From: Nitrosopumilus sp.
GTDB taxonomy: Archaea; Thermoproteota; Nitrososphaeria; Nitrososphaerales; Nitrosopumilaceae
Assembly (NCBI GenBank): GCA_965214775.1
Contig: OZ243974.1
Span: forward strand, 32,001 to 96,000
Length of the DNA: 64,000 bases
Direction: 5' to 3'
This document shows, piece by piece, positions 10,430 through 19,691 of this stretch (its first letter is position 1; each line of letters opens with the position of its first letter). The translations under genes were made by a program, and so were the position numbers. Below the pieces are notes generated by a model. It was not told the DNA's origin and ran no database searches. It was given only the letters and a program-made list of their open reading frames with translations.

Positions 10430-11137
10430 ATGCTTGATAAAAAATTCCTGATGTGTCTAGTCGCGCTGGTTTTGATTCCGGTGCTTGTTGTTGATGTTTT
10501 GGGGCATGGACTTGGCGTAGACAGAGCCCCCCATATTGATTTTGAAAACAGAGACGTTACCGTAATTACCAAAATGAATCCGTCAGATATGACAGTGGGG
10601 GATTTCTCAAACGCGTTTATGGAGGTAAGATTTGTCGAGGTGTTTGAAATTTTTTCAGACAAGAAGATCAAAGGCCACATATGTGTTGAAAAGATCGGAG
10701 GTTATTCGTGCAAATATGACGTTCCAATCAAACAAACAACATTTGCCGTTGAAGTGTTCAAGGAGGAAGCGTTGCTTGCACGGCAGAATTTCTATGCCGA
10801 AGACGGGATCTTGACAGTCGATATCAGGCCAAACAACAGTTGCAGCATCAAAGAAGAGAACCCATGGATGTGTACAAAGTATTTTGGCACTGAGCATCCC
10901 CTAGTCGTTAATGCCCTTTACACGTTTGGTCAAAACAACCCCGTAATTGACGGGGCCATCTTCACGGAGGGCGGCATGTACGAAATCACAGTAAAGGTTC
11001 TCGGTGCAGAAAGTCCAAGATCCAACTTGAAGGATCCCCTGGTGTTTGATTTGTATATTTCCATTGCCCAAGAGCAGTTATTTTGGCTGAACCCCGAGAC
11101 GGGCCAAGTTTTTGACAGCCCAAAAGCCGTTTTTTGA
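10430..11137 (+). CDS. Exported hypothetical protein resembling the N-terminal domain of thaumarchaeal HGLG-starting surface proteins
   Basis: Signal peptide followed by HGLGVDRAP; two Cys pairs; no C-terminal anchor. Confidence 0.75.
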   Translation: MLDKKFLMCLVALVLIPVLVVDVLGHGLGVDRAPHIDFENRDVTVITKMNPSDMTVGDFSNAFMEVRFVEVFEIFSDKKIKGHICVEKIGGYSCKYDVPIKQTTFAVEVFKEEALLARQNFYAEDGILTVDIRPNNSCSIKEENPWMCTKYFGTEHPLVVNALYTFGQNNPVIDGAIFTEGGMYEITVKVLGAESPRSNLKDPLVFDLYISIAQEQLFWLNPETGQVFDSPKAVF

Positions 11138-11172
11138 GAAAAAAAGAAAAGGCAGAGGATGAAAACAGTATT

Positions 11173-11676
11173 GTGAGCATCCAGATTCTCCAATACGAGT
11201 TCATGGGGCCCATCCCTTTGGACGAGTGGGGCCCGCCTATGGAAAGACTCGTCTATTTGATCCTGGCACGGGAGAAGGACAAATTCAGCATCGTGTATGC
11301 AGGCGACTGCCAGAAAACCGAAGACAGGGCCTTTTTTGTCCAGCATCCCCAATTCAAATGCTGGGCAGACCACCGCCAAACCGGTTCTGAAAAATCATTG
11401 CACCTTGCAATACTGCCAATGTTTGATTCAACGCCAGAATACAGGCAAAACGTATTGCAGAGAATCATCGCCCACTACAGGCCAAAATGCAACGCATCAG
11501 AAATCAAGGAAGAAATGCCAAGCTATGCCGTAAGAAAGGCCAAGGCCCCCCCTGAAACTCAAAAGTTTAGCTGCCCCTGTTGCGGCTCGGAGATGAATCC
11601 CGAGCAAATTTTAGAAAAGTCCACGGTATACAGGTGCAGCAGTTGCGGGATAAGCGACACCCGACTCAACTCCTGA
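11173..11676 (+). CDS. Hypothetical protein with C-terminal zinc ribbon
   Basis: Probable GTG start (VSIQILQYEF); CPCCGS...CSSCG. Confidence 0.75.
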   Translation: MSIQILQYEFMGPIPLDEWGPPMERLVYLILAREKDKFSIVYAGDCQKTEDRAFFVQHPQFKCWADHRQTGSEKSLHLAILPMFDSTPEYRQNVLQRIIAHYRPKCNASEIKEEMPSYAVRKAKAPPETQKFSCPCCGSEMNPEQILEKSTVYRCSSCGISDTRLNS

Positions 11677-11899
11677 CCTTGTTTTGAACGTCAAACAGCT
11701 GCAAAGTCAGCAAGTCGATCGCCTTTTTCAAATGTTGAAACTCATTGACCGAATGGATTTGTCCCTCCACCAGAGATCTCATGACTTTGATGGAGTTTTT
11801 TTGAAAGTCGTCTGATGCTACTATCTCCATTGCGTTAATCTTAGATAGCATGTTGTCCAACTCCCTTATCATTTCCTCAGAAGGCTTGTGCTTGTCCAT
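11666..11899 (-). CDS. Small helical hypothetical protein
   Basis: 77-aa ORF with TATA-like element upstream; converges on the previous gene. Confidence 0.75.
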   Translation of the reverse strand: MDKHKPSEEMIRELDNMLSKINAMEIVASDDFQKNSIKVMRSLVEGQIHSVNEFQHLKKAIDLLTLQLFDVQNKVRS

Positions 11900-11931
11900 G
11901 ATCTTTGAAGGTTGTTTTGATATATGAACTG

Positions 11932-12084
11932 TTATAGCAGATCCTCGTCAATTTCCATAATGGGATCGACGTATTGCTGACAGGTACACGTGGGAATTTG
12001 ACACCTTCCAGCCCTGATCAACGAGTTGCTTTGAGGGTTTTCTGCGTGCGCCTCGTCAGTATGATGACATCTTTTGCAGTTCAT
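11932..12084 (-). CDS. Small Cys/His-rich protein (50 aa; not in the ORF track)
   Basis: MNCKRCHHTDEAH...GRCQIPTCTCQQY...LL*; TATA-like TTAAATAA ~25 nt upstream. Confidence 0.7.
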   Translation of the reverse strand: MNCKRCHHTDEAHAENPQSNSLIRAGRCQIPTCTCQQYVDPIMEIDEDLL

Positions 12085-12119
12085 GTTTGAAATCTGCCTG
12101 CCTGTTATTTAATCCAAGG

Positions 12120-13169
12120 TCAAGGCATCAAAACTGCCCTGGCTTCTATTTCTGAATCTTTCAGGCTCTTTAGAACCTTGTTTGCCTGCTCCAGCGGAAA
12201 CGCCTGTGATACCACCTCGATGTTTTTCTCGTCGCAGATTCGGATTACCTGCTCCATGTCTTTTGTCGAGCCAATCAGGGTTCCCCTGATCGTCTTTTCT
12301 TCAAAGGCCATGAACCGTGGATTCTTCCCAACCGTGGCAATTACGATCAGGCCTCCTTTTTTTACCGATTTTATCGCAGTGTCCGTAACGATGTCTGCAG
12401 GTGCAAACACGATTGCCGCATCTAGCAATCCGTGCCTTTCTTTGAGCCGGCCCAAAAACCCCTCCTGATCCTCAGAAAACTCCATCGCATCAATTGCTCC
12501 GAGCCTCCTTGCAACCTCAAGATGACTTTGAGCCCTTGAAAATGCAACTACTCTGCACTTTTCTATTCTGGCAAATTGAACTGCCATATGGCCCACTCCC
12601 CCGATTCCAAAGATTCCCATCTTTTTTCCCGACTCGGGTTCGGCGGCCCTTACTGCCTTGTATGCAGTAATTCCTGCACAAAACAACGGTGCTGCATATT
12701 CTGGTTTCATTGTTTCTGGAACTTTGGTTGCAAAGTCTTCTATCACGGTAATGTATTCAGTGTACCCTCCCTTGAAAGATTCGCCTGTAATTGTTGATGA
12801 CTCACAGAGGTATTCCTTTCCTTCCTTGCAGTACTGGCATTCTTTGCATGCCTCCAAAAGCGGGGTAATCCCTGCCCTGTCTCCTACTTTGAACTTGGTG
12901 ACGTCATCTCCGACCTCGACTACTTTTCCGACTATCTCGTGACCCGGGACGGTTGGAAGAGAGGGGGGTATTCCGATGTCCCTCCAATCCCCCTCTATTC
13001 CGTGCAACTGCGAATGGCAGACACCGCAAGCCTCAATCTGAATTAGAATTTCATTTGGTCTTTGAATTTCATGCCTGTCAATCTCCGATAGCTTGAGCGG
13101 ATTTGATTCGATTGGGGCACAGTTCTCAAGAACCATTGCCCTCATTTTCGCCATGACTTGGTAAGACAT
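12120..13169 (-). CDS. Zinc-dependent alcohol dehydrogenase family protein
   Basis: CGVCHS, GHEIVG, structural CxxCxxCx7C and GIGGVG motifs. Confidence 0.95.
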   Translation of the reverse strand: MSYQVMAKMRAMVLENCAPIESNPLKLSEIDRHEIQRPNEILIQIEACGVCHSQLHGIEGDWRDIGIPPSLPTVPGHEIVGKVVEVGDDVTKFKVGDRAGITPLLEACKECQYCKEGKEYLCESSTITGESFKGGYTEYITVIEDFATKVPETMKPEYAAPLFCAGITAYKAVRAAEPESGKKMGIFGIGGVGHMAVQFARIEKCRVVAFSRAQSHLEVARRLGAIDAMEFSEDQEGFLGRLKERHGLLDAAIVFAPADIVTDTAIKSVKKGGLIVIATVGKNPRFMAFEEKTIRGTLIGSTKDMEQVIRICDEKNIEVVSQAFPLEQANKVLKSLKDSEIEARAVLMP

Positions 13170-13252
13170 GCAAGGGAATTTTAAGATATGCCAGGAACGC
13201 CTAAAATCAACCGGACGTATGAAGATGCTCGGACTTTGAGATGCTGCTTACC

Positions 13253-13382
13253 GGGGTTGTCGCCTAATTCATCAGAATTTCTGAAAAACATACGATGTCA
13301 TCCGAACCTAGGAGTGCAGGAGGAGTGGAGGTTCAGGAAAACGTGTAGATTGATCCAAGCAGGTGAATTAGGCGGCAACCCC
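13253..13382. mobile_element. MITE family B (TIR GGGGTTGTCGCCTAATTC, 9-bp TSD)
   Basis: 18-bp TIRs; flanks ctgcttacc / ctgcctacc. Confidence 0.85.
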
Positions 13383-13620
13383 CTGCCTACCACCACTGCG
13401 GCCTCCTAGCATGAGGATGGTGGTGGTGTATGTATGTATGTGCGGCGTCAGTCTTCCAAACAACAGGCCGCCTCATACGCAGAGTGAATTCTTCTTCCTC
13501 TTTGCGTCATGCCACAATATACGTTAAAATCACGTTTAATCATGACCTTCATAGTTTGCATCCGGTGATGACAATTCACATACACATTAGAAAGATAAAG
13601 GGCCTCTGCAAACTCTGACT

Positions 13621-13854
13621 GTGGTCAAAATTACCGACGAAGACAGGGAACGAGTCGAACTGCTTGCCCGGGTTTCAAGCTCAAAAAACGAGTTCAAAAA
13701 AATGACTGTGGCCGAGCTCAAACGACTTGTGGATCTAGTTGAAAAGAAGGATTACAGTCATGACAAAAAGGCACGCAGATCCAAAGTCAAGCTGCTGGGA
13801 AGGATCAATGTCAGAATTTATGAACTAGAAGAGGGAAAGGGAATCTGGAGTTAG
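13621..13854 (+). CDS. Small basic hypothetical protein
   Basis: 77-aa ORF ending 2 bp before the USP gene. Confidence 0.7.
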   Translation: MVKITDEDRERVELLARVSSSKNEFKKMTVAELKRLVDLVEKKDYSHDKKARRSKVKLLGRINVRIYELEEGKGIWS

Positions 13855-13856
13855 AC

Positions 13857-14297
13857 ATGGCCGGAGCAGTCTTTGAACACATTTTGGTTCCCCATAACGG
13901 AACAGATGGCAGTGAAAAGTCCTTCAAAAAGGCAATTTCTTTGGCATCCTCAATGGACTGCAAGATAACCGTTCTAACGTGCATAGAAGAACGCCAGACT
14001 TTTGGCTTTTTCAAGACAAAAGCAGACAGGCAAGAGTTTGAAAAAGAACGCAAACTAGTTGAAAAACAGCATCAAAGACTGGAGAAAATCTGCAAGGACA
14101 GGGAGATTCAATTTACCTCAGCAATTACAAAAAACGGGCTTGCATCAGAGAGAATCATCGATTATGCAAAGAAGCATCATGTTGATCTGATCATAACAAA
14201 AAGAACCAAAATGACATCATCATATGAAAAACATGCATACCACAGTACCGTAGAGAACATGTTCAGGCTTGCATCTTGCCCGATTCTGATTTTGTAG
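13857..14297 (+). CDS. Universal stress protein
   Basis: HILVPHNGT N-terminus, IIDYAKKHHVDLII, ASCPILIL C-terminus. Confidence 0.9.
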   Translation: MAGAVFEHILVPHNGTDGSEKSFKKAISLASSMDCKITVLTCIEERQTFGFFKTKADRQEFEKERKLVEKQHQRLEKICKDREIQFTSAITKNGLASERIIDYAKKHHVDLIITKRTKMTSSYEKHAYHSTVENMFRLASCPILIL

Positions 14298-14549
14298 TAT
14301 GTCTGAGCTTGCTCAAAATGCAAAGACGGCGGAATCTTACGGGGCAGCAGCAGCAGCCTGTGAATTCGGATTTATCCTGATGATCAGTCTTTCCAGAAGT
14401 AACCAGATTAATGGCCGTGCAGACGGTGACGTACGGATCTGCAGGCAGCCCAGCCTGAATTGTTTCGAGTTTGGAGCCGTCTTGTGGGGAACTTCTGGGA
14501 AGACTGATGGTGGATAAAAGAAGAAATATCCGAGAGTTTTAGCACACAC

Positions 14550-14846
14550 ATGGCATCGCCAATAATAATTCCAATTGTAATTGTTGCGATTGTGGGACTG
14601 TCCGGGTACCTGGTTTACAAATTTGTAATTTATGACCTGATGTGCAAAAAGGCAGTAAACCGGGCATTAAAAAAATACAACATCAAAAAATCCCCCTCGG
14701 AGATCATTCGAGAATACCACCAAAGCAAGGGAAGCAGCATCTCCCATAAGGAGGTAAGAACCCTGGAAAAAACCTACAGGCAAAACGGCCCAGACGAGTT
14801 TCTCAGCATGTATGATGCGATACGCGACTCTGAACACAAAAAATAG
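14550..14846 (+). CDS. Small membrane-anchored hypothetical protein
   Basis: N-terminal TM helix. Confidence 0.75.
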   Translation: MASPIIIPIVIVAIVGLSGYLVYKFVIYDLMCKKAVNRALKKYNIKKSPSEIIREYHQSKGSSISHKEVRTLEKTYRQNGPDEFLSMYDAIRDSEHKK

Positions 14847-14847
14847 C

Positions 14848-15717
14848 CTACTGGCCGGTGGTCGGAATCTGAATGAACGGCGTTCCGCCATCTCCCCCTA
14901 CCACCAGCGGGAGCTTTCCGTCCCAGGCCTGGGTTTTAAGCCATTCAAGGTAGTTCGGATTCTCTGCTAGTGCCTTGTTGATGATGGCAATGGCCTCTGC
15001 CTCGCCTTTTGCCTCTGCAATGTTTGCGTTTGCAACGCCTATTGCGTTTGCCTCCCTCTGTTTGGCCTCAACTTCAATCCTGAGCAGATCGTTTTCTGCC
15101 TTGAGGGCTTTTTGTTCTGCCTCCACCTTGGCCTCGATTGCCTGTGCAAACAATGGCGAGAACTCAAAATCTGTAATGGAGATGACTTCGGTGACCACTT
15201 CAAACTGATTAAGCCTTTCGCGAATCGACGACTCGATGTCTTGCTTTACCAGCGGCCGCTTTGTGATCAGCTCTTCGGCGTTATAGTTTGCAGTTACCTG
15301 CTTTACTGTCTCCTCAATTGCAGGCTGAATAACCCTGTTCTCGTAATCCAGTCCCAGGTTCTTGTATAGTCTGTGGACTGATTCCTTGTCCGGGTGGTAG
15401 TTTACTGTCACAGTCGTCTCTACGGTTTGCAGGTCTTTGGATGCACTCCTAGTATTTTTCTCGTATTTCAGAGTGCGGACTTCAATGTCCACCACTTCGT
15501 CCTGGAATGGAACCACAAAGTGCAGGCCTTCATCTAGTGGCGGCTGGGTCAAATCAACTGCGTTCCAATGAAGCAGAACGCCTCTGTGGCCTGCATCTAC
15601 AATTTTTACAGACGCAAAAGCAACAACGCCAATAATGATTAAAACGATGATTCCTATTGCAACCCCTTTTGCGGCATTCATGTTAACGCTGACTTTGGGC
15701 GACTGGTATTTTGACAA
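14848..15717 (-). CDS. Prohibitin/SPFH (band 7) protein
   Basis: TM anchor, GLHFVVPF, SKDLQ and AIEAKVEAEQ motifs. Confidence 0.95.
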   Translation of the reverse strand: MSKYQSPKVSVNMNAAKGVAIGIIVLIIIGVVAFASVKIVDAGHRGVLLHWNAVDLTQPPLDEGLHFVVPFQDEVVDIEVRTLKYEKNTRSASKDLQTVETTVTVNYHPDKESVHRLYKNLGLDYENRVIQPAIEETVKQVTANYNAEELITKRPLVKQDIESSIRERLNQFEVVTEVISITDFEFSPLFAQAIEAKVEAEQKALKAENDLLRIEVEAKQREANAIGVANANIAEAKGEAEAIAIINKALAENPNYLEWLKTQAWDGKLPLVVGGDGGTPFIQIPTTGQ

Positions 15718-15766
15718 CTGTTTCTGATTCGTACACCTTATTATTATACCATTGCAAGGCTTCGGC

Positions 15767-15903
15767 GCAAGAGTTTACCCCTCAGGCGGCACCACTGACT
15801 GGAGTCTCCCACATCAAACCGTTCCCTGCACGGGCCGCTGCGAGTGTGCGTTGTTCAGTCAGACGCAGTATTCACTAGGCGTCACATCGCTTTATACTCT
15901 TAC
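15767..15903. mobile_element. IS66-derived MITE (family 66b)
   Basis: Termini GCAAGAGTTTACCCCTC...TTTATACTCTTAC; partial inverted copy at 58213-58312. Confidence 0.8.
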
Positions 15904-15964
15904 GCCTAGAGTGGTTTTGGGCATACTGAAGAGATTTATTTTGTACCAGTACACGTAATGTAGT

Positions 15965-16420
15965 ATGACTGATCCGAATTTTTCTTGGATTTACTTGCTG
16001 ATCTTCCTTGCCATTCCTTTAGCTAGAATAATCCCCCGGATTCTTGCAAGATACAGGGGAGAGGAACGCCGCTCTCCGGATCAGCATGCAAGACGTTTTG
16101 GCGAGTCTGGACAAACTGAATCCGTCCAGTCCTTTACAAAAAGAGAACCTCAAGAACATCCTTCTTCTTCTCATTCTTCTTCTCATTCTTCTTCTCCCCC
16201 TCCTACCAGAGAGAAACAGGTTCTAGGGAAACTGCATCAGGGCATAAACACCTTTGAGAAACTCCAGAAAAACACGGGTTTTGACTCGCATATGCTAGAT
16301 TCAATCTTGGAAGATCTGGAAAAAAAGGGTCTGATGAAGATAGTGGAAAAACGCGGGATGTTCGGTCCCAGAGTGGAACTGTATTCGACTGACAAGGGAT
16401 TCAGGGAGTACTATTCGTAA
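15965..16420 (+). CDS. Membrane-anchored winged-helix protein
   Basis: N-terminal TM; C-terminal LEDLEKKGLMK...YSTDKG wHTH pattern; Ser-rich linker. Confidence 0.8.
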   Translation: MTDPNFSWIYLLIFLAIPLARIIPRILARYRGEERRSPDQHARRFGESGQTESVQSFTKREPQEHPSSSHSSSHSSSPPPTREKQVLGKLHQGINTFEKLQKNTGFDSHMLDSILEDLEKKGLMKIVEKRGMFGPRVELYSTDKGFREYYS

Positions 16421-16576
16421 TCGGCGACTGCCTATTTCAAACAAAGTATCTCTCAGCCCAAAGTTTGATTTTTGCAGTATATCGCGTATGCAAGGCGGTT
16501 TGTGACATCATTCTAGATGCAGTTTGCATCCAAGTCATCCTGTTTGAAACCAAGACCGGGCCTGAGTCTCAATCCA

Positions 16577-16720
16577 CTTAGAGATGATCCGAAATTAGAA
16601 GCCATGTAAATTTTTCAAGTAATTTCACAGATAACTTGCATTTTGTTGATGTATTGAGATGCTTTATGCAGATTCCTTCACAAATAATCGGAATCTGCCA
16701 ATTAAGAATCGCTTCTCATC
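16577..16720. mobile_element. MITE family C copy
   Basis: Reverse-complement homolog of 58994-59138. Confidence 0.75.
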
Positions 16721-16918
16721 CCCTGGATGCGATATGGGGACATGATCATCAGGATCCCGGCAGGCAGTGCCGCCCGGGGGCAATCTCCCATCATCAATGA
16801 TCCTTGGCCCTCTTGGCCGGGGATCCGCTGATCACCCTGGTGATTTTTTGTCAAATTTCAAATTTCAGGCAGGATTATGCAGCAAGACAGAATGCCTGAA
16901 GGATGGCCGGTCAGACCG

Positions 16919-16995
16919 TAGTGCGCACAGTTGAAAATCAAACACTTGTGTCAAAACAGGCACGATGTGGCAAAATCATGTTTGATTTTCCAGTC
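16919..16995. mobile_element. MITE family A copy, right end decayed
   Basis: TAGTGCGCACAGTTGAAAAT...CAGGCACGATGTG. Confidence 0.7.
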
Positions 16996-17235
16996 ACTTT
17001 CCTAGATCTTGCTCTGGGGACTCGTCTGGATCCTGAGCTTGGTTTGTCAGATTTTGAAGGCTTTGAAGACTTTTGGCACGATTACACATAAGGTCTTCTA
17101 TTCTCGAAGGTTATCTACTGCCGGTAGGAATATCTGATCATGAAATACTTCAGGAACTTTTTGCCCGTCAGTATGGGCGATCACAGAAACCTACCATTTT
17201 GCTGTATTCTCAGGCCGCAATCGGAATTGCTGACC

Positions 17236-17507
17236 TTACTCAATCTCCAAATACATCCTTATCTGATCAATCATCCTGGGGTTCAAGCTCACCTCTAGTC
17301 CATATCCGGTTGGTTTTGAGAGAATCAGACCCTCTTTAATCAACTCCTCGCCCATCTTGCCTACACCCTCTTTGAGCCCTGTTTTCCCATATCCCTTTGT
17401 GTGAATCCTTTTTTGAGATTTTCAAACGAGGTGTGGCTTGCACCCCACTTTCCATGTCTGTAGAGCTTGCGAATGATTCTAGGCTTGATCCCTTCGTTTG
17501 ATAACAT
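17236..17507 (-). pseudogene. Frameshifted small wHTH-like protein
   Basis: MLSNEGIKPRIIRKLYRHGKWGASHTSFENLKKG...RV* continues in a shifted frame as GKMGEELIKEGLILSKPTGYGLEVSLNPR...E*; one frameshift near 17362. Confidence 0.65.
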
Positions 17508-17569
17508 ATGTACACTTATAGTACCTTTGGTAGCTTATATTTAAATACGTTTGAGGTACCAGTAATTCC

Positions 17570-17902
17570 ATGCAAGACAGATCGTTGCTCCTACAGTACA
17601 TGGGTGACACGCCAAAACTCAGAATCATAGACTTTTTTCTGGATAACGCAGGCAGTGACTATTCTAAAAAGGAGATAATAGAGTATACGGGCATCTCAAA
17701 GACTACGCTCTACAAGATCTGGGATGAAGTCATGCAGTTTGGGTTTCTAAAGGCCACAAGAAAGTTCGGCAAGGCACAGCTGTATTCTCTAAACAGTGAA
17801 AGCGAGCTAATCCTAAAATTCAAGGCACTAGACGGCGAGCTGGCTAGGCAAGCCATGCAAAAGGCGCTAGGGCCAATTCCTGCTCGGGAACCGCTACACT
17901 AA
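17570..17902 (+). CDS. Winged helix-turn-helix protein
   Basis: YSKKEIIEYTGISKTTLYKIW HTH followed by the wing GKAQLYSLN. Confidence 0.85.
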   Translation: MQDRSLLLQYMGDTPKLRIIDFFLDNAGSDYSKKEIIEYTGISKTTLYKIWDEVMQFGFLKATRKFGKAQLYSLNSESELILKFKALDGELARQAMQKALGPIPAREPLH

Positions 17903-17907
17903 CGGCT

Positions 17908-19451
17908 GTAAGAGTTTACCCCTCCTCCGCATAATTTAGATTGAGCACAAGGCCCATTTTTGATCACCATCTGGATCCATATGCGTCTAGACCACACCTG
18001 TATTCATGCCTGATTCAGAGACCAAGATATTGCGCGACGAGCTGGCCCGCATCATAGTCGAATTAGGCAGGAAGGATAGAACCATCGCAGACAAGGATCT
18101 GACAATAGTCAGGCTTACCGAACAGCTGGCCGAGGTCACGGCAGAAAAGACGATGCTGACAGCAGAAAACCAGCAGCTCAAACAGCACATCAAATACTAC
18201 GAAAATCCGCACACCCCCTCATCGCAGAACTCGATTCCGACCAGGCAGAAAAAGACTGCTGCTGCAAAGGCATCAGGCAACGTACCGGCATCTGCAAAGG
18301 CAAAGCCGGGCCGCAGGCAGGGACACAAGGGAGTATCACACAAGAGAAAGCCGACTGAGTTTGTAAAGCACTGCCCCAAAAAGTGCGACAAGTGCAACAG
18401 CACCAACATGAAGAAACCCGAAAAGTTGTTCTCAAAGACCGTGACTGAGATCCCCAAGAAGCCCAAACCGGTCACGACAGAGCAGTACACCGCATACAAA
18501 CGCGAATGCGCCGACTGCGGCCACGTGTGTATGGAGGATGACAGGGACTGGAACGTGCCTGAAACCGAGTTTGGACCAAACATTACGGGGATGATAACTT
18601 CAATGCACATGGCACCTGCCTCCATACAGGCCACGGCCACACTGTGCTCAGAAATCCTGGACATGGACGTCTCAGAGGCAGGCGTGCTGCAGTGCCTGAG
18701 GGCCTGCACCAAGGCAATAAAGCCCAGCGTAGAGGGCATCAAGCAGGCCATCCGAGATTCTGATTATCTGCATATTGACGAGACTGCCATGCCATACAAC
18801 GGCAGGACGGCCCGCATATGGGTAATAGTGGGCAAGAACAAGGACGGCTCCACGACCGGCGTCCACACGCTGGCCGCACCCAGCAGGGCCAGGGTCGTAG
18901 TGGATACGAACTTTCCGTATTATGATAAACCAGTTACAGTTGATGGGTACGGCGTATATGTCGTATTCAAGATCAGGCAGTGGTGCTGGGCACACATACT
19001 CCGGGAGGCCAAGGACGCCAGCAAGACTTCCCGGCAGGCCCACGCGCTGTATACGGCCCTCAAGAAAAAGTTCCTCTTTGCCAAGGGGCTGGGGCCGCCG
19101 GAGGGCGCCGCCCAGCACGACATGCTGGTAGTCGAGACACGCGCGCTGGCCGTAGCATTCAGGGAGGCAGGTTGCAAAAAATTTGCCACAAAGCTTGAGA
19201 ACGCCTCAGAATACCTGTACACGTTCGTGCTGTATCCGGGCATGGAGCCCACCAACAACCTGGCCGAGCGCATGCTGAGGCCGTCCGTAATTGCGCGCAA
19301 GATATTCCAGGGACTCCGTACCATGGAGGGCATGGAGATGTTCACCGTGCTGATGACGTGCACGATGAACTGGCGCGCCCAGGGTTGCAACGTGAGTGAG
19401 ATGGTCGCCAAGACCCTGACTGGAAACGTCGCCTGAGGGGTAAACTCTTAC
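17908..19451 (+). mobile_element. IS66-family element (single-ORF, ISBst12-like organisation)
   Basis: Perfect 17-bp TIRs GTAAGAGTTTACCCCTC; no clear TSD. Confidence 0.92.
18006..19436 (+). CDS. IS66-family transposase
   Basis: Leucine zipper, PGRRQGHKG, Zn finger, HIDET, DGYGVY, CWAHILR and PTNNLAERMLR motifs. Confidence 0.95.
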   Translation: MPDSETKILRDELARIIVELGRKDRTIADKDLTIVRLTEQLAEVTAEKTMLTAENQQLKQHIKYYENPHTPSSQNSIPTRQKKTAAAKASGNVPASAKAKPGRRQGHKGVSHKRKPTEFVKHCPKKCDKCNSTNMKKPEKLFSKTVTEIPKKPKPVTTEQYTAYKRECADCGHVCMEDDRDWNVPETEFGPNITGMITSMHMAPASIQATATLCSEILDMDVSEAGVLQCLRACTKAIKPSVEGIKQAIRDSDYLHIDETAMPYNGRTARIWVIVGKNKDGSTTGVHTLAAPSRARVVVDTNFPYYDKPVTVDGYGVYVVFKIRQWCWAHILREAKDASKTSRQAHALYTALKKKFLFAKGLGPPEGAAQHDMLVVETRALAVAFREAGCKKFATKLENASEYLYTFVLYPGMEPTNNLAERMLRPSVIARKIFQGLRTMEGMEMFTVLMTCTMNWRAQGCNVSEMVAKTLTGNVA

Positions 19452-19691
19452 TACTGAATAATATAGAAAATATATAATCGGGCAGGTGCAAAAAAAAGAA
19501 TAAGAGAGACTGAAAAAACATGGCATTACAAAAGTCAGGAGCAAAGACGTTGTACTTGGCTGAAAACACCGTCCGGATTAACACCGGAAAACCGTTTGCA
19601 AAAGATTGTGATCTTCCTTTCAAAAAAGGCGCGCAGGGGACAATGACAGTGATCATTGAAAAAAAGGATTGAAAACCGGAAAAATTCAAAG

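Noticed and set aside
16740-16835. GC-rich imperfect inverted repeat, possibly a structured RNA
   Set aside because: Single copy with weak pairing and no recognisable ncRNA motif; it lies among MITE debris.
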